DNA of 63,593 nucleotides, filler included, from Octopus bimaculoides (lineage: Eukaryota), in assembly GCF_001194135.2 (NCBI RefSeq). It is 6 parts of 6 records of this genome, joined end to end, with 100 filler letters (N's around TTAATTAATTAA, not from the genome) between each part and the next. Parts side by side here need not be neighbours in the genome. Positions count along the whole stretch, not along the records: positions 28,310 to 57,235 come from NC_068985.1; 5 more parts are not named here. One strand, given 5' to 3'. A program made the position numbers and the translations under genes. The notes beneath the pieces were generated by a model that saw only the letters and a program-made list of their open reading frames with translations, ran no database searches and was not told where the DNA came from. Each line of letters starts with the position of its first letter. Positions within the stretch are counted from its first letter, which is position 1. This document shows positions 36,948 through 48,407 of the stretch, piece by piece.

Positions 36948-37240
36948 TAGCAAGCGAGCCATGCTACTCCAGACTGATGATGAGCAATAACTCTGAAACT
37001 TGCCTCTGGATGCTGCTGGCTTTGCTGGGTGGTGGTGCTTATCTCCCTTTTGAAAACATATGGACACAGGAAATGTGTAAAGGCCATCAGGAAATGGTGT
37101 TTCCTAGGGCTAAATAGCAGTAGCATTCTTCCCTTTCATGAGACTGTCACATTAAGTTGACAACATACCATCACTTTATCGTGCTGCTACTGTATAAATC
37201 TCTCTGAGAGATTTAGAAATGTATTATTTCTATTTTCAAA
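36948..37240 (+). mobile_element. Retrozyme-like element, partial monomer (right part of interrupted tandem)
   Basis: Resumes at TAGCAAG..AGCCATGCTACTCCAGA, includes the mutated HHR, and runs to TATTTCTATTTTC. Confidence 0.85.
36968..37010 (+). ncRNA. Type I hammerhead ribozyme, mutated stem III, probably inactive
   Basis: TCCAGA CTGATGA TGAGcaataaCTCT GAAA CTTGCC TCTGGA. Core is intact, but GTC is changed to GCC and the palindrome is lost. Confidence 0.7.
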
Positions 37241-37264
37241 ATAATAATAATTTATAATAAATTA

Positions 37265-38400
37265 TATTAAGTGGGCAATATTTTGAACCATGAAGAATTT
37301 ATACCAGATTTTTGAATTTTTTTTGCAGTTGTCTGGTAATAAACATAGACTTGCCCAAATGCATCAGTAAATTAACATTGGTATTTTTTTAACCATTGTT
37401 AGAATCATCTGAATTGGAACTGTCAAAGCGCAATATTCGATCAATTTTGCTATTCAACTTCAAAAATGGATGTAAAGCAGCTGAAACTGCTCGTGATATC
37501 AACAAAACATTTGATGAGGAAATGACCAGTTAGTGGTCAGCTTGAAAATGGTTTAAACGATTTCACAGTGGAGACCTGAGCCTTGAAGATTGTGAGCATA
37601 ATGGAAGACTGTTATTGGGAAAGATCCACGTAAAACCACTCGAGAACTGACAGAAACCTGCCTGCACCCATTTACATGTGATCAGAAAATCAAAAAAGCT
37701 CAACAAATGGAATGAAAATCAAAACATGCACAGATATGAAATTTGCTTGTTGCCTCTTCTCTGTAACCAGACTAATCCATTTCTCAACCATATTGTAACT
37801 TGAAATGAAAAGTGGATTCTGTACAATAATAACTAAAACGTTCATCACGGTGGCTGGACTAAAATGAAGCACCAAAAACTTTCCCTAATCCTGAGCTCTT
37901 TAAAAAGAAGATTATGGTTACTTTTTGGTGGTGTACAGCTGCACTCATCCATTATAACTACTTAAAAACCCAGAAAAACTATTACTGCAGAAACATATTG
38001 CCATGAAATTGCCAAAATGAAGTATAAACTGCTACTCTTCTATCCCAGACTGGTCAACAGAAGAGCACCAATCATTCTTCATGACAATGCTCGACCACAT
38101 TTCACTAATGACGCTCCAGAAGTTGAGGGAACTTGACTATGATGTTCTTTCCCACCCAGTTATTCCCCCGACCTTTCTCCTACCGACTACCACTTTTTCA
38201 AGCACTTTGATGGTTTTTCTGTGAGAGGAGAAGTTAAAAAAATCAGACCAATGCTGAAAGTGCATTCAAAGAGTTCATCAGCTCCAAAACTCCAGATACT
38301 TATGTTACCAGAATAAACAAACTTGTAATTCATTCACAAAAATGTGTTGATTGTAATGCTACTTACTTTGATGAATAAAATTTCCACATTGTTGAAATAT
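37265..38400 (+). mobile_element. Decayed near-full-length mariner (DD34D)
   Basis: AILLFNFKNGCKAAETARDIN...KWFKRFHSGDLSLED...KKIMVTFWW...TITAETYCHEI...IILHDNARPH...HPVYSPDLSPTDYHFFK. Confidence 0.9.
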
Positions 38401-38494
38401 ATTAGGATATCATAATTTTGGCCTTGTACCAAAATTTGAAACCAATATTATGTTATAATTTATTGTAATAATAAGCTATTATTAAAGTGGTGAA

Positions 38495-38950
38495 GGTAGT
38501 AAACTGGCAGAATTGCCCGAGTGTCAGAAAATATGCTTTATGGTTATGCTATTTGTTCCAACCCTAGACTCTGAATTCAAATCCTGCCAAAGAATTACTG
38601 AGAAACTTTTTTTTGGTGGGCTGAACAATTATGCCAGCTCACCACCTTAATAATAATAATAATGATAATAATACTAGTAGTAGTAGTTTCAACTTTTGGC
38701 ACAAGGCTAGCAGTTTTGAGGGGATGGGTGTTAGTCAATAACATCAATCCCTGGTACTTTATATTATTGACCCTATTGAAGTAATAATTTTTAACATCAG
38801 CACATGGCTACAAATTTAGTGGAAAGTTTAAATCAACTCCAATACTTCATTGATACCTTACTTTATCAACTCAAAGATAATGAAAGGTTTTTATTTGAAT
38901 TTGGAACATAAAAAGCCATAACTATATACAGCAAAGCATTTTGTCTGATG
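38495..38950. mobile_element. Cluster of decayed family B SINE fragments
   Basis: CTGGCAGAATT...GAATTCAAATCCTGCC, TGCCAGCTCACCACCTTAA, TTTTGGCACAAGGCTAGCAG. Confidence 0.55.
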
Positions 38951-40154
38951 CTCTAACAATTCTATCAATCTATAAATCTTCTTTTGTAACTAGGTAGTTT
39001 ATTTATTTTTGAGTGTATAAGTCAATTTGTAAAAGCACCTTTTCTCTAATCAAGTGTTTCCTTGGAGTTGAGTGCTTGTGCTTTTTATGACAGTTTCAAA
39101 ACTGAAACTTCATTTTGCACTCTTTGAATGGAAACATGATAGTGTGCATGTGAGAGTAACCACCTTTTGAGTGTTGCTAGAAAACAATAACTTTAGCATA
39201 AATTCAGATTTCCAAATATTACTGCAATTAACTGATGCTTCACAACCTGTTTTGTTCGGCATTTTAACCAGATGGTTTTGTTTAGACTTTAATGACAACA
39301 ACAATAGATATTAAATTCTTGTGAAACTTTTTTTTCAGTAGTAATTTATTGGCTGACATGGCTTGGTTTAATGTTTCATTGTAGCATGCTCTTTATTAAC
39401 TACTAAACAAAGAATAATTTTTTGAAGGTTATAAGTTGAAGTCAGTTACTTGAAATATTTAGAATTCAACTAACTCTTTTCAGTTAAGGCACAACCTTAC
39501 TTTTAAGGATGGCAAAAACTGATTGATTGTCAGCAAAATCTTATTGTCCAATAATGGAATAAAATCTGTCTTGTGTTTATAATAGTAAATTGTAGTTTAT
39601 AATGTAACATACATGTTAAGAAGCTGTAATAAAATTACCATAAAGGCATGATTCCTGAGAAGAATACATTCAAAGTAGGTTGTTTTAATGTGACATGCAT
39701 TTAGGATTTCTGTTTGTGATTAATGCAGTTGATGCTTAACATTAATTGGATAATGTTAAAGTGGTTGACATTTGTAACTGGGTGATATTTAACTGAATGA
39801 TGTGTGATGTTTGGTGTAACAGGATGATGTTAACATTGGTTCATATTAAGGATACTTGAGTGTGGTTTAATGATGAAGTTGAATGGAGCTGAATATTTTT
39901 CATTTCTAAATTTAGCTATTTTTTTTTTATTGAAACTAAAACTTATAACTACAATCATCATTGTAACATTTGCTTTTCTATGCTTGCATGGGCAGATGGA
40001 ATTTACTGAGGCAGATTTTGTACAGCCAGATGCCTTCCTATCATCACCTGCTTCCTGGCAAGAAAATATTTCCCTATAGCCAGACATGTGTTTCATGGAA
40101 GACTGGTTTACAACACCACATGATGTCATTGCATGGGTGCACACACCTCTATTT

Positions 40155-40285
40155 ATACAAGCTCCTTTCAGTTTCTGTCAACCAGACACACTCACAAGGC
40201 TTTGGTCAACCTGCTGCACAGTGAAACTGAACCGAATACCATGTGGTTGGGAAGCAAGTTTTTTAACTACAGCCACTCCTGCATT
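40155..40285 (-). mobile_element. Family A SINE fragment
   Basis: CTTTCAGTTTCTGTCAACCA..CACTCACAAGGCTTTGGTC...ACCATGTGGTTGGGAAGCAAG...CAGCCACTCCTGC. Confidence 0.7.
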
Positions 40286-40410
40286 TATGTCCGGTGATTT
40301 ATCAGTTTCAACTTAATTAAAGTTCAGTTTAATTTGCATTTTATTTTCTTCTCTTTGTTTTGCTATTTATCAATTATTTAATTATTTTATGTTTCTTTTT
40401 TATGTTGTAG

Positions 40411-40814
40411 CCTTGAAGTGCTGTATATTGGAGGTAACCAGTTAACTGAGATACCTGCTGAAGTTGGATGTCTCACTAAACTTAACACACTTGCACTCTG
40501 TGATAACAAAATACATACTCTGCCTCGAAGTCTTGGTCAGCTGCATAAATTAAGAACTCTCAGCCTCCACAACAATCGAATTTCTATGCTACCTCAAGAG
40601 ATAGTTTCTCTCAATTTAATTGAACTTAGTCTACGAAATAATCCTCTTGTTGTTCGTTTTGTGAAAGATCTAGTTTGCGATCCTCCTTCCTTATTGGAGC
40701 TGGCAGGAAGGACAATAAAAGTTGAAAAAGTTAAATATGATGTAGGTGATATGCCTCAGAACCTTCACCAATATCTTGAATCTGCTAAAAGATGTGTTAA
40801 CCCAAAATGTAAAG
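40411..40814 (+). CDS. LRRC58: Leucine-rich repeat-containing protein 58, internal coding exon (C-terminal LRRs, BC-box-like motif, start of Cys-rich tail)
   Basis: Acceptor tttttatgttgtag|C at 40410/40411 and donor G|gtaagt at 40814/40815. The frame reads LEVLYIGGNQLTEIPAEVGCLTKLNTLALCDNKI...LSLRNNPLVVRFVKDLVCDPPSLLELAGRTIK...CVNPKCK. This closely matches my recollection of human LRRC58 (LECLYLGGN...LSLRGNPLVVRFVRDLTYDPPTLLELAARTIK...CPNPKCG). Confidence 0.95.
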
Positions 40815-40851
40815 GTAAGTTTCATTTTTATGATTTTAGATTTTGATTTCT

Positions 40852-41076
40852 GGCTGTTGCCAGTACCACCTGACTGGCCCTCGTGCGGGTGACACGTAAT
40901 AGCACCCACTACACTCTCTGAGTGGTTGGCGTTAGGAAGGGCATCCAGCTGTTGAAACTCTGCCAAATTAGATTGGAGCCTGGTGTTGCCATCCGGTTTC
41001 ACCAGTCCTCAGTCAAATCGTCCAACCCATGCTAGCATGGAAAGCGGATGTTAAACGATGATGATGATGATGATGA
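40852..41076 (+). mobile_element. SINE family C with (GAT)n tail (RTE-type 3' end)
   Basis: Nearly identical to 42000-42235: GTTGCCAGTACC...GGAAGGGCATCCAGCTG..GAAACTCTGCCAAA...CCATGCTAGCATGG...TTAAACGATGATGAT. Starts 37 bp downstream of the LRRC58 donor site. Confidence 0.85.
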
Positions 41077-41679
41077 TTTCTGCATCTCAGAAACTATTCA
41101 ATTACAAACATTTTTTAGCAAAAGTGCTGCATAGAACACAAACATATAAATAATAAAATAATACATTTTTAACTTTTATTATAACTATACACCAGGCCTT
41201 TGCTGAAAATTGTTTGTGTGTATGTTTATCTTACATGTATGTGGTGTATGCATTCATCATGCAACAGATAAAAATTTCTTTCTAATTTTTGCCAGAATAA
41301 GTGAAGTTTAGATGTAGTTTCACTTACTAATGGTGAAAATTTTTGGTAAATTTATAGTTTAACACCCAACTCAATTTTGGTGATAAATGTTTTTTCCTCG
41401 TTTTTTTTTTCTTGTGCTATCAACTAATCTCATCTAATATGTTGTAAATAATGATTTTTTTTTCCACGGAAATTGGAGGTGGGAGGGGTAGGGTGGACCC
41501 TTGAAAATTCCTCCACCCCTCACCTCACCCAATTAGGCCCCATACCTCCTACAGCCAGCCCTGGTTGTGACTAAGTCAGACAGATAATTACATTCTTATC
41601 TAGATTTAGGACAACTGGATCTGAAAGTTTTCAGAACTTTCTCCCTCTTAATCATTATTTTTTATTGAGACTTTTTTTA

Positions 41680-41980
41680 GCTCTTGTGAAGTTGAACATC
41701 TTATCTGGCCACTACAGTCCCCAGATCTCAATATTATTGAACATTTATGGTGCATTTTAGAAAAACAAGTAAGAAGTCGATACCCTCCGCCATCATCACT
41801 ACAAGAACTGGAGACTGTTTTAGCTGAAGAATGGACAAAAATTCCTTTTGAAACAATTAACTTTGTACAAGTCCATACCTTGTAGAATTCAAGCTGTAAT
41901 TACTGCCAAAGGTGGTCCTGCCCTATATTAAAATTAATTCGTTTGAAATTTTAAGGTTTTTCCATCATTTTGTTCAACTC
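41680..41980 (+). mobile_element. Tc1-like transposase 3' fragment
   Basis: HLIWPLQSPDLNIIEHLWCILEKQVRSRYPPPSSLQELETVLAEEW...IQAVITAKGG. Confidence 0.85.
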
Positions 41981-41999
41981 TCTCTCTATATATATATAT

Positions 42000-42235
42000 G
42001 GCCGTTGCCAGTACCGCCTGACTGNNNNNNNNNNTTCGTGCGAGTGACACGTAAAAGCACCCACTACACTCTCTGAGTGGTTGGCGTTAGGAAGGGCATC
42101 CAGCTGTAGAAACTCTGCCAAATTAGATTGGAGCCTGGTGTTGCCATCCGGTTTCACCAGTCCTCAGTCAAATCGTCCAAGCCATGCTAGCATGGAAGGC
42201 AGACGTTAAACGATGATGATGATGATGATGATGAT
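42000..42235 (+). mobile_element. SINE family C
   Basis: Near-identical to 40852-41076. Confidence 0.85.
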
Positions 42236-43329
42236 ATCATATAGATATGTTAAAATATCATCTTCCAATTAAGTCCAAAAGTCCAACACTAAAGTTTTCA
42301 CATGACTATGACAGTTCTGTGTTATTGGTTATAATATACACAAGATCACTCTTGGATGAACAATCACTATTGATGATTATAAGTGCTTGTAGATTGTACA
42401 TAATACCACACCGACCATTACAATAAGTAATTCACTTTTTAAATGTTTATCATAATTACCATATTTGTGCAGTGTAAAATAAAGTGAGGACAAAAAAGGG
42501 AGTTTAATTAGAATATTGGATACTTGTTTAGTCATTAAAATGTGATGTGAAGGTAAAACATCAAGATGTATTTTAATGGTCTGTAATTATTATTAGTAGT
42601 CTACAAAATCTCCTGCTCTACATTGATCCTTATATTACTCTATCTAATTAATCAATATCAACCCTTTAGCATTCAGATTACTCTATCTAATGTAATGCTT
42701 ATTTATTCAAAATGTTTTGAATTAATCATGCATTATCTCATTGCTTTGAGATTTTGAGGATGTGATTATTTTGACATTCTATGGTATACATGAGAATCCA
42801 GATCTGGCTGGTATAAATATAAAACAGGTGAAATATTTGGCCTGCATATGGCCAGTTTGAATGCTAAAAGGTTAAATCAAGTGATATCTAAGATTATAAA
42901 TAAAATGAAAATATTCCCTCTTCAGTAGTATGTATTTTGTTAACAAAATGTTTGAGTACATTAACACAGTATAGCAGACAATATTGTTTTCTAAATATAT
43001 TTCAGTACTTAGCCTATCATGTTCTAGTCTGGTTATTTTGCCAGAAAAATGCTGAAGTAGTGTAAAGAAAAATGTAACTGGAATGTTTAGTAAGATGTAT
43101 CCAGTTTCATAAACATTGCTGCTCTTCTCAGCTAGACAACAAACTAAACAAAATTAAAGGCCAAGAATATTTTTTTTCGTTTTGTTTTGTAGCAATGTAG
43201 TTATGTTCTATGAGTATATCAATCTTTTCCAGTGTATCTATAAAAACAAATGCTTATTGTTACTATAATGTTGTTATTATTGTTGTTCTATGATGTAAAG
43301 ATCCTTGACATTTCTGATTGCAAGACAAT

Positions 43330-43740
43330 GTGCAAGAGAGAAAAATCAAGACAGTTGGGGGAGAAGTGTGTATGGAAGGATAATGATCCTCTTAAAGAGA
43401 ATGAAAAGTCATAGAAGTGCTACTGTGAAAAGTTGTTTATTGAAGAGAAAACATAGAAGAAAAAGGGTTTACACCAAGTAAACCCAACAGAGTCCAACCA
43501 TTCAAGTTGACAGCAAAACAATGGATATAGCAGGAAGGTACTTAGTCCATCAGAAATCACCAGCATGATACTTAAAATATCTGGCCAAGTGTGATATGGA
43601 CTAATCATCTGCATAATAAATTAGGTTGTACAGGAAGGTGTTATACCCAATGACTGGTGTAATAATATCATCAACTGCTACAAGGATAAAGTTTAACACA
43701 CTAGAGAGCAGTAATTATTGAAGTAGTACTATTGACTAGG
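43330..43740 (+). mobile_element. Decayed RTE LINE fragment (RT N-terminal region)
   Basis: SPSEITSMILKISG...QEGVIPNDWCNNIINCYKDK resembles GPSGITAEMLK...IPxDWxxSxIVxCYKGKG. Confidence 0.65.
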
Positions 43741-43813
43741 AAGAGAATTAATAGGTACATGAGTGTCTTCATTTTGCGATCTTGCAAGTGAATTTGGTTG
43801 GCAGAATCTGTAA

Positions 43814-44045
43814 GGCGGCGAGCTGGCAGAATCGTTAGTACGGGTTAAATGCTTAGCAGTATTTCATCTGCCGCTACTTTCTGAGTCCAAATTCCGCCGA
43901 GGTCGACTTAGCCTTTCATCCTTTCGGGGTCGATAAATTAAGTACCAATTACGCACTGGGGTCGATGTAATCGACTTAATCCCTTTGTCTGTCCTTGTTT
44001 GTCCCCTCTATGTTTAGCCCCTTGTGGGTAATAAAGAAACAAGAA
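43814..44045 (+). mobile_element. tRNA-derived SINE, family B (well preserved)
   Basis: Head GGCGGCGAGCTGGCAGAATCGTTAG (A box), GAGTCCAAATTCC (B box-like), body GGTCGACTTAGCCTTTCATCCTTTCGGGGTCGATAAATTAAGTACCA, A-rich tail. Confidence 0.8.
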
Positions 44046-44203
44046 TCTGTAAGAAGCCCACTATAATACATATATGTATAAGTGTGTGTGTTTGTGAGAG
44101 AGATTTTTTTAATGTCTTGACATCATGTGTTAGTTGACTACAAGAATCACTGTCTTACAAGCTGTTAACTACCCCATCCAGGCATAACAAAATGGATGTT
44201 AAA

Positions 44204-44238
<35 letters not shown>

Positions 44239-45099
44239 GGATGTCAAGTGGTTAAATAAATATATTAATCTCTTATACCTTCTGACCTTTTGTGGTTCAT
44301 ATATATGTGTGTGTACTGTCAAGTCTACATTATTGACTTCATTTATATCTCTATACTTGCCCTCATTACTAGTCCCTCTAATCACACATCTTTATCATTC
44401 ATCTATTTATCTCTCATACCCCCATTGTTCTCCTCTTGATCATTCTCCCCACTTCTCAATCTCACAGTTGCTGGTGTGACCAAGGATGGCAGTGGATATC
44501 TTGTTTTCTGTACACTGCTTCAAGTGTAACTGGCTCTCTCATCAGCATCTCACCTCCACGTCTCTTTCATTTTACTTTTGCTCTCTTGGCTAACTTAAAA
44601 CACATACATAAGGGCCCTTACCATGTACCCCATGCACTCTACCTATACTCTGCTCCTGACCATAAATAGTTGATAATCTTTGTTATTTAAGTGACGTAAA
44701 TAGTTGAGGAAATGTAAGAAGTGGAAGCATAGTGAATAAGGTTACAGATGGATAGTCATAAAACAGTCAACAAAAGATTTATCACATTGTATAAAAAGTA
44801 GGCTATATGCTTATAAAACAAGAGGATCTGTAATTATTGGAGAGGTATAAGTTGATATCCTGTTTAGTATGCAGTGTTAACCTAAGAGAAATAAATGCAA
44901 AGGAATGACTGAATAAAAAGTACCGTGATTAAAGGAACTCACAGTTGAGATCACACAATGGGAGAATTATTACAGACTTGTCCAATTCATGCTGGATGTT
45001 GAAATGGTGATGATATTAGGGACAGTAATAAATGTGGTACAATAATAATGATCACACCACCATTATCATCATCACCACTTCCTTTAATTCTATATTATC

Positions 45100-46790
45100 T
45101 TATCTTGAAATCTGAAACCAAACCTACTGAGGCATCACTGTTTCTTTCCATGTCTACTACTAGAGGTATCTTTCACTCTTAGTACATAACACATTTCCTC
45201 TGATCATTTGTAGTGCATTTGTATCTCCTGTCAAACCAGTATAGTCTCTTGCACTCATTGATTGATACCCCTTCTTCTATGCTCAACCTTTCCTGGAAGT
45301 TAGTGTTGCACATCCTATCTATCACACTCGACTCCTTTCTCTTCAGAATCTGAAAGACTTTTGTATTCAGAGCCTTATGTCTCACACACATGCAGCATGA
45401 CACTTCTTCATACAGTGTCTTTTGCATGAAGAGAGAAACTTCTTATTACTAATAAATCTGAGAATTTCTTTGGCCCCTTTCTTACTTAAGCTGCTATACT
45501 TTCTCTAGAAATACCCCTAATTGAAATAGGGAACAGAAATTATTGTCTCAAATGACCCATCTGAGAAGTCTATGGACTTCACTTTATAAATGCTACTTTA
45601 CTTAACTACTCTTGTATATGTAGCACATCTGAAATCCTTGTTCATAACCATTCTCTAGAATTCCCACTGTATCTTTTGTATACTCATTGCTTACACTAAT
45701 TACATAATACTAGGATCCCACTAACTCTCTCCGAAACATATCAGACTATGTCACTTTCAAATTTCAGTTCTCTCTACCAATTAGAGTTTTGGTTTTTGCC
45801 ATGTTGACATTTTGGCTTTTCAATTTAAGGCCTTTTTTTTTTTCTTTAATTCTTCAAAATATTTTGCTATGATAACTAGGTCACCAGCAAAAAAAAGTTC
45901 ACAAAGATATTTATTTTGAATGTAATTTAAAAACCTGAACTGAACACCAGCTTGACCATGAAATTTCCTATAAACACTTCCTTAAACACTAAATTCTTCA
46001 TGATCTACACTTGACTTTTCCATTACTCACTAGGATACAGAATGTAGGACCTTAAGTAATAACTTGTTCTGTGTTTGTCTCTTTGTGAATATGGATGCAC
46101 AAATGTGATATTTTCATTCAGAAAACAATATCTTATCCAAACAAAAACACATAACTTCCAACAGTTGTGACTTTGTGAATCAAAAAATATTGAATCTTCA
46201 AAATTTGATAATTACTTTACTCTTCTACATCTCTTTGCCTTATAATGGATAGTTTTTGCCAGACATTTGAGCTAACATCTCTGTGCACAAACTGATTAAC
46301 TAAGTATTTGATTTTTATAACATTTCTGCAACTATTTTGGATGCACCAGTAGCATTCACTGCTTAAATCTAACTAATCACCCTTACTAATCAAGGTAAAT
46401 CTAATCTCTGTAGTTTCTGTTGGATCTATGGGGAATAGATATTCACTCTCCTTCAACAACTTTTCATGGTAGTAGTTCAAAACTTCTTTTTCTTTGCACT
46501 GTCATTAACATCTTGATTCATACAAACATTTTGCCTTGCAATTTAGAATCCTCTCTAGCTTTTCTCTTTACAGAAGGACATTAACTCTCAGTTTTTCCCT
46601 AAGTAAACTTGATTCTTGCTTTCTGCCTAGACTCTTGATTATGATTCATATTACTTGTTATTTTCTGCTTCTTTTAAACCTTTCACTTGGCCATCTATCT
46701 GTGGCATAAACTTCATATTTTAAAGTGACAAGGTTATTTGACAAAATTCATCAGCATTTTCAAACTTCATTGAAGCAAATGCAGAAGAGA
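45100..46790 (-). mobile_element. Highly decayed RTE LINE
   Basis: ELFFAGDLVIIAK..EELK...NVNMAKTKTL (ELLYADDL...VNxxKTK), then the post-RT segment ...RKESSVIDRMCN... Confidence 0.7.
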
Positions 46791-47384
46791 GAATAAGATG
46801 AATAGATGGAGAATGTAATGTTAAGACAAAGAGGCTGGATTGCTGGCTTTAATCATCATGAGTTCTTATAGCTAAAGACGAGTGGTGGAGTACTATACAA
46901 CATTTACTACTGACATATGATTTAATATATCCATTAAGTTGATAAAAAGTTTATAGTTACCAAATACTATTTAGTTTTGTTCTCATTGATAATTAGCAAA
47001 GTAAGAAAACCAAAGGAAGCCACAAAAGATCAGTAATTACAAAGAACATGATAGTAGAAAGGAGGTATAAAAGTAATGCCATCTGTTTTAAATGTAGTAG
47101 ACTGTACGTGAAGTAGGCACTTCTTTCAAAAAAATTTCAATTTTTCAAAATTTTGTTTTTGTTTTCTAATATTTCCTGACAGCTTGTTGAAATTTAGTTG
47201 TCAAAAGCTTCTACCTAACTCATCACTTGCTCTATTTTGTTTTACTGAATGTGTGTGTATGTATTCTTGGTTACATATGAATAAATATATTTACAGGCTG
47301 AATGAAAGGAAAGTACAACTGAATTAAATTTCCCTTTTAAAATACAACATATGCAATGTTCTATTTTATCAGTACTATGAGTCA

Positions 47385-47930
47385 GGTCAGATGTTGAGGT
47401 ATGCATTGTTGCAGTGCATTGCTGCAGTCACTATTTGTTGGTATATTCTTGGGTCCTTCCAGGCAACCCATTGAACAGAGTCCCAGTCAGTCCTCATTTC
47501 CATGAGAAACCTCCTCATCTGCTGTGACCATGTGGCTGACCAACATGAGCTGTCAGCCCAGCCAGATCCTCAGTGAAGAGAGCATGGTAAGCAGGGCCTA
47601 GCTTGGAAAATCAAGCAACATGGCTAAACTGTTTGAACTGGTGCTCCCAAATCATGCAAATAACAGGATGCATCCCAGTTTTTGAGTAGAGCTATTGGTT
47701 GGATACAAAATGGTAACCCATAATTCTGCATAACATCCTGCTACCAAGGGAGTTCAGGCAGCTCCTAAGGGCCCCAGACAATGTCTAAGTTTCACAACTA
47801 TAGAGTAAGACGGGGAGAACCAGAGACCTAAAGACTCAAACTTTTGTCTTCCTGCACAGTGCCAAACACCCTTGTCCAATGAGTGCACAACTGCACCAGC
47901 TCATCCAACCCTTTTCAGGAGTCTAAAGTC
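47385..47930 (-). mobile_element. RTE LINE 3' fragment
   Basis: RIMGYHF..NQ*LYSKTGM.PVICMIWEHQFKQFSHVA...TWSQQM...W..WKDP..Y..IVTAA.HC. Confidence 0.7.
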
Positions 47931-48213
47931 CAAACTATGAGTAATTAGTACTAATTAGTACTAAAATGTCAATGTATGTGTGTGTCAATATAGTTAAAAT
48001 TTATAGAAAAACAAAGATGAAGACAGGTGTAGGAACAACAAGCGTGTTAGTTTGACACTCAGAGAAAATGGAAAAGTCTTTTATGTTTCGAGCCTACGCT
48101 CTTTGACAGAAAAGAATAAGAGAAAATAAACAGAGATAGAATGAGAAAAAAATTTGTTGAGTTCAGTGGTCCAACATGGCAAATATATATAATTATCTGC
48201 TTATATTTTACAG

Positions 48214-48407
48214 GTGTTTACTTTTCATCACGTTTTGAAAGTGTGAACTTCGTTGACTTTTGTGGCAAGTATCGTTTGCCCTTGTTACAGTACTTGTGTA
48301 CTCCAAGATGTACCACATCACAGCCATCAGTGCGAGGTAACAGTGACACAGACACAGATGAAGAAGATGTAGCTAATGGAATCATGAAGAAAGTTCTTTT
48401 AGGATAA
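48214..48407 (+). CDS. LRRC58: LRRC58 terminal coding exon
   Basis: Acceptor ttatattttacag|GT at 48213/48214 is phase-compatible with the upstream donor (G+GT=Gly). It reads GVYFSSRFESVNFVDFCGKYRLPLLQYLCTPRC...DTDEEDVANGIMKKVLLG*, matching the LRRC58 C-terminus (FVDFCGKYRLPLMHYLCSPEC...MQKVLLG). Intron 40815-48213 is GT-AG. Confidence 0.95.

Noticed and set aside
39530-39580. KILLSNNGIKSV LRR-like peptide after a CAG
   Set aside because: In-frame stop before any credible donor site.
41473-41530. G-rich run GGAGGTGGGAGGGGTAGGGTGG as a G-quadruplex
   Set aside because: Only three G3 tracts, and a complementary C-rich tract follows; probably the end of an old DNA transposon.
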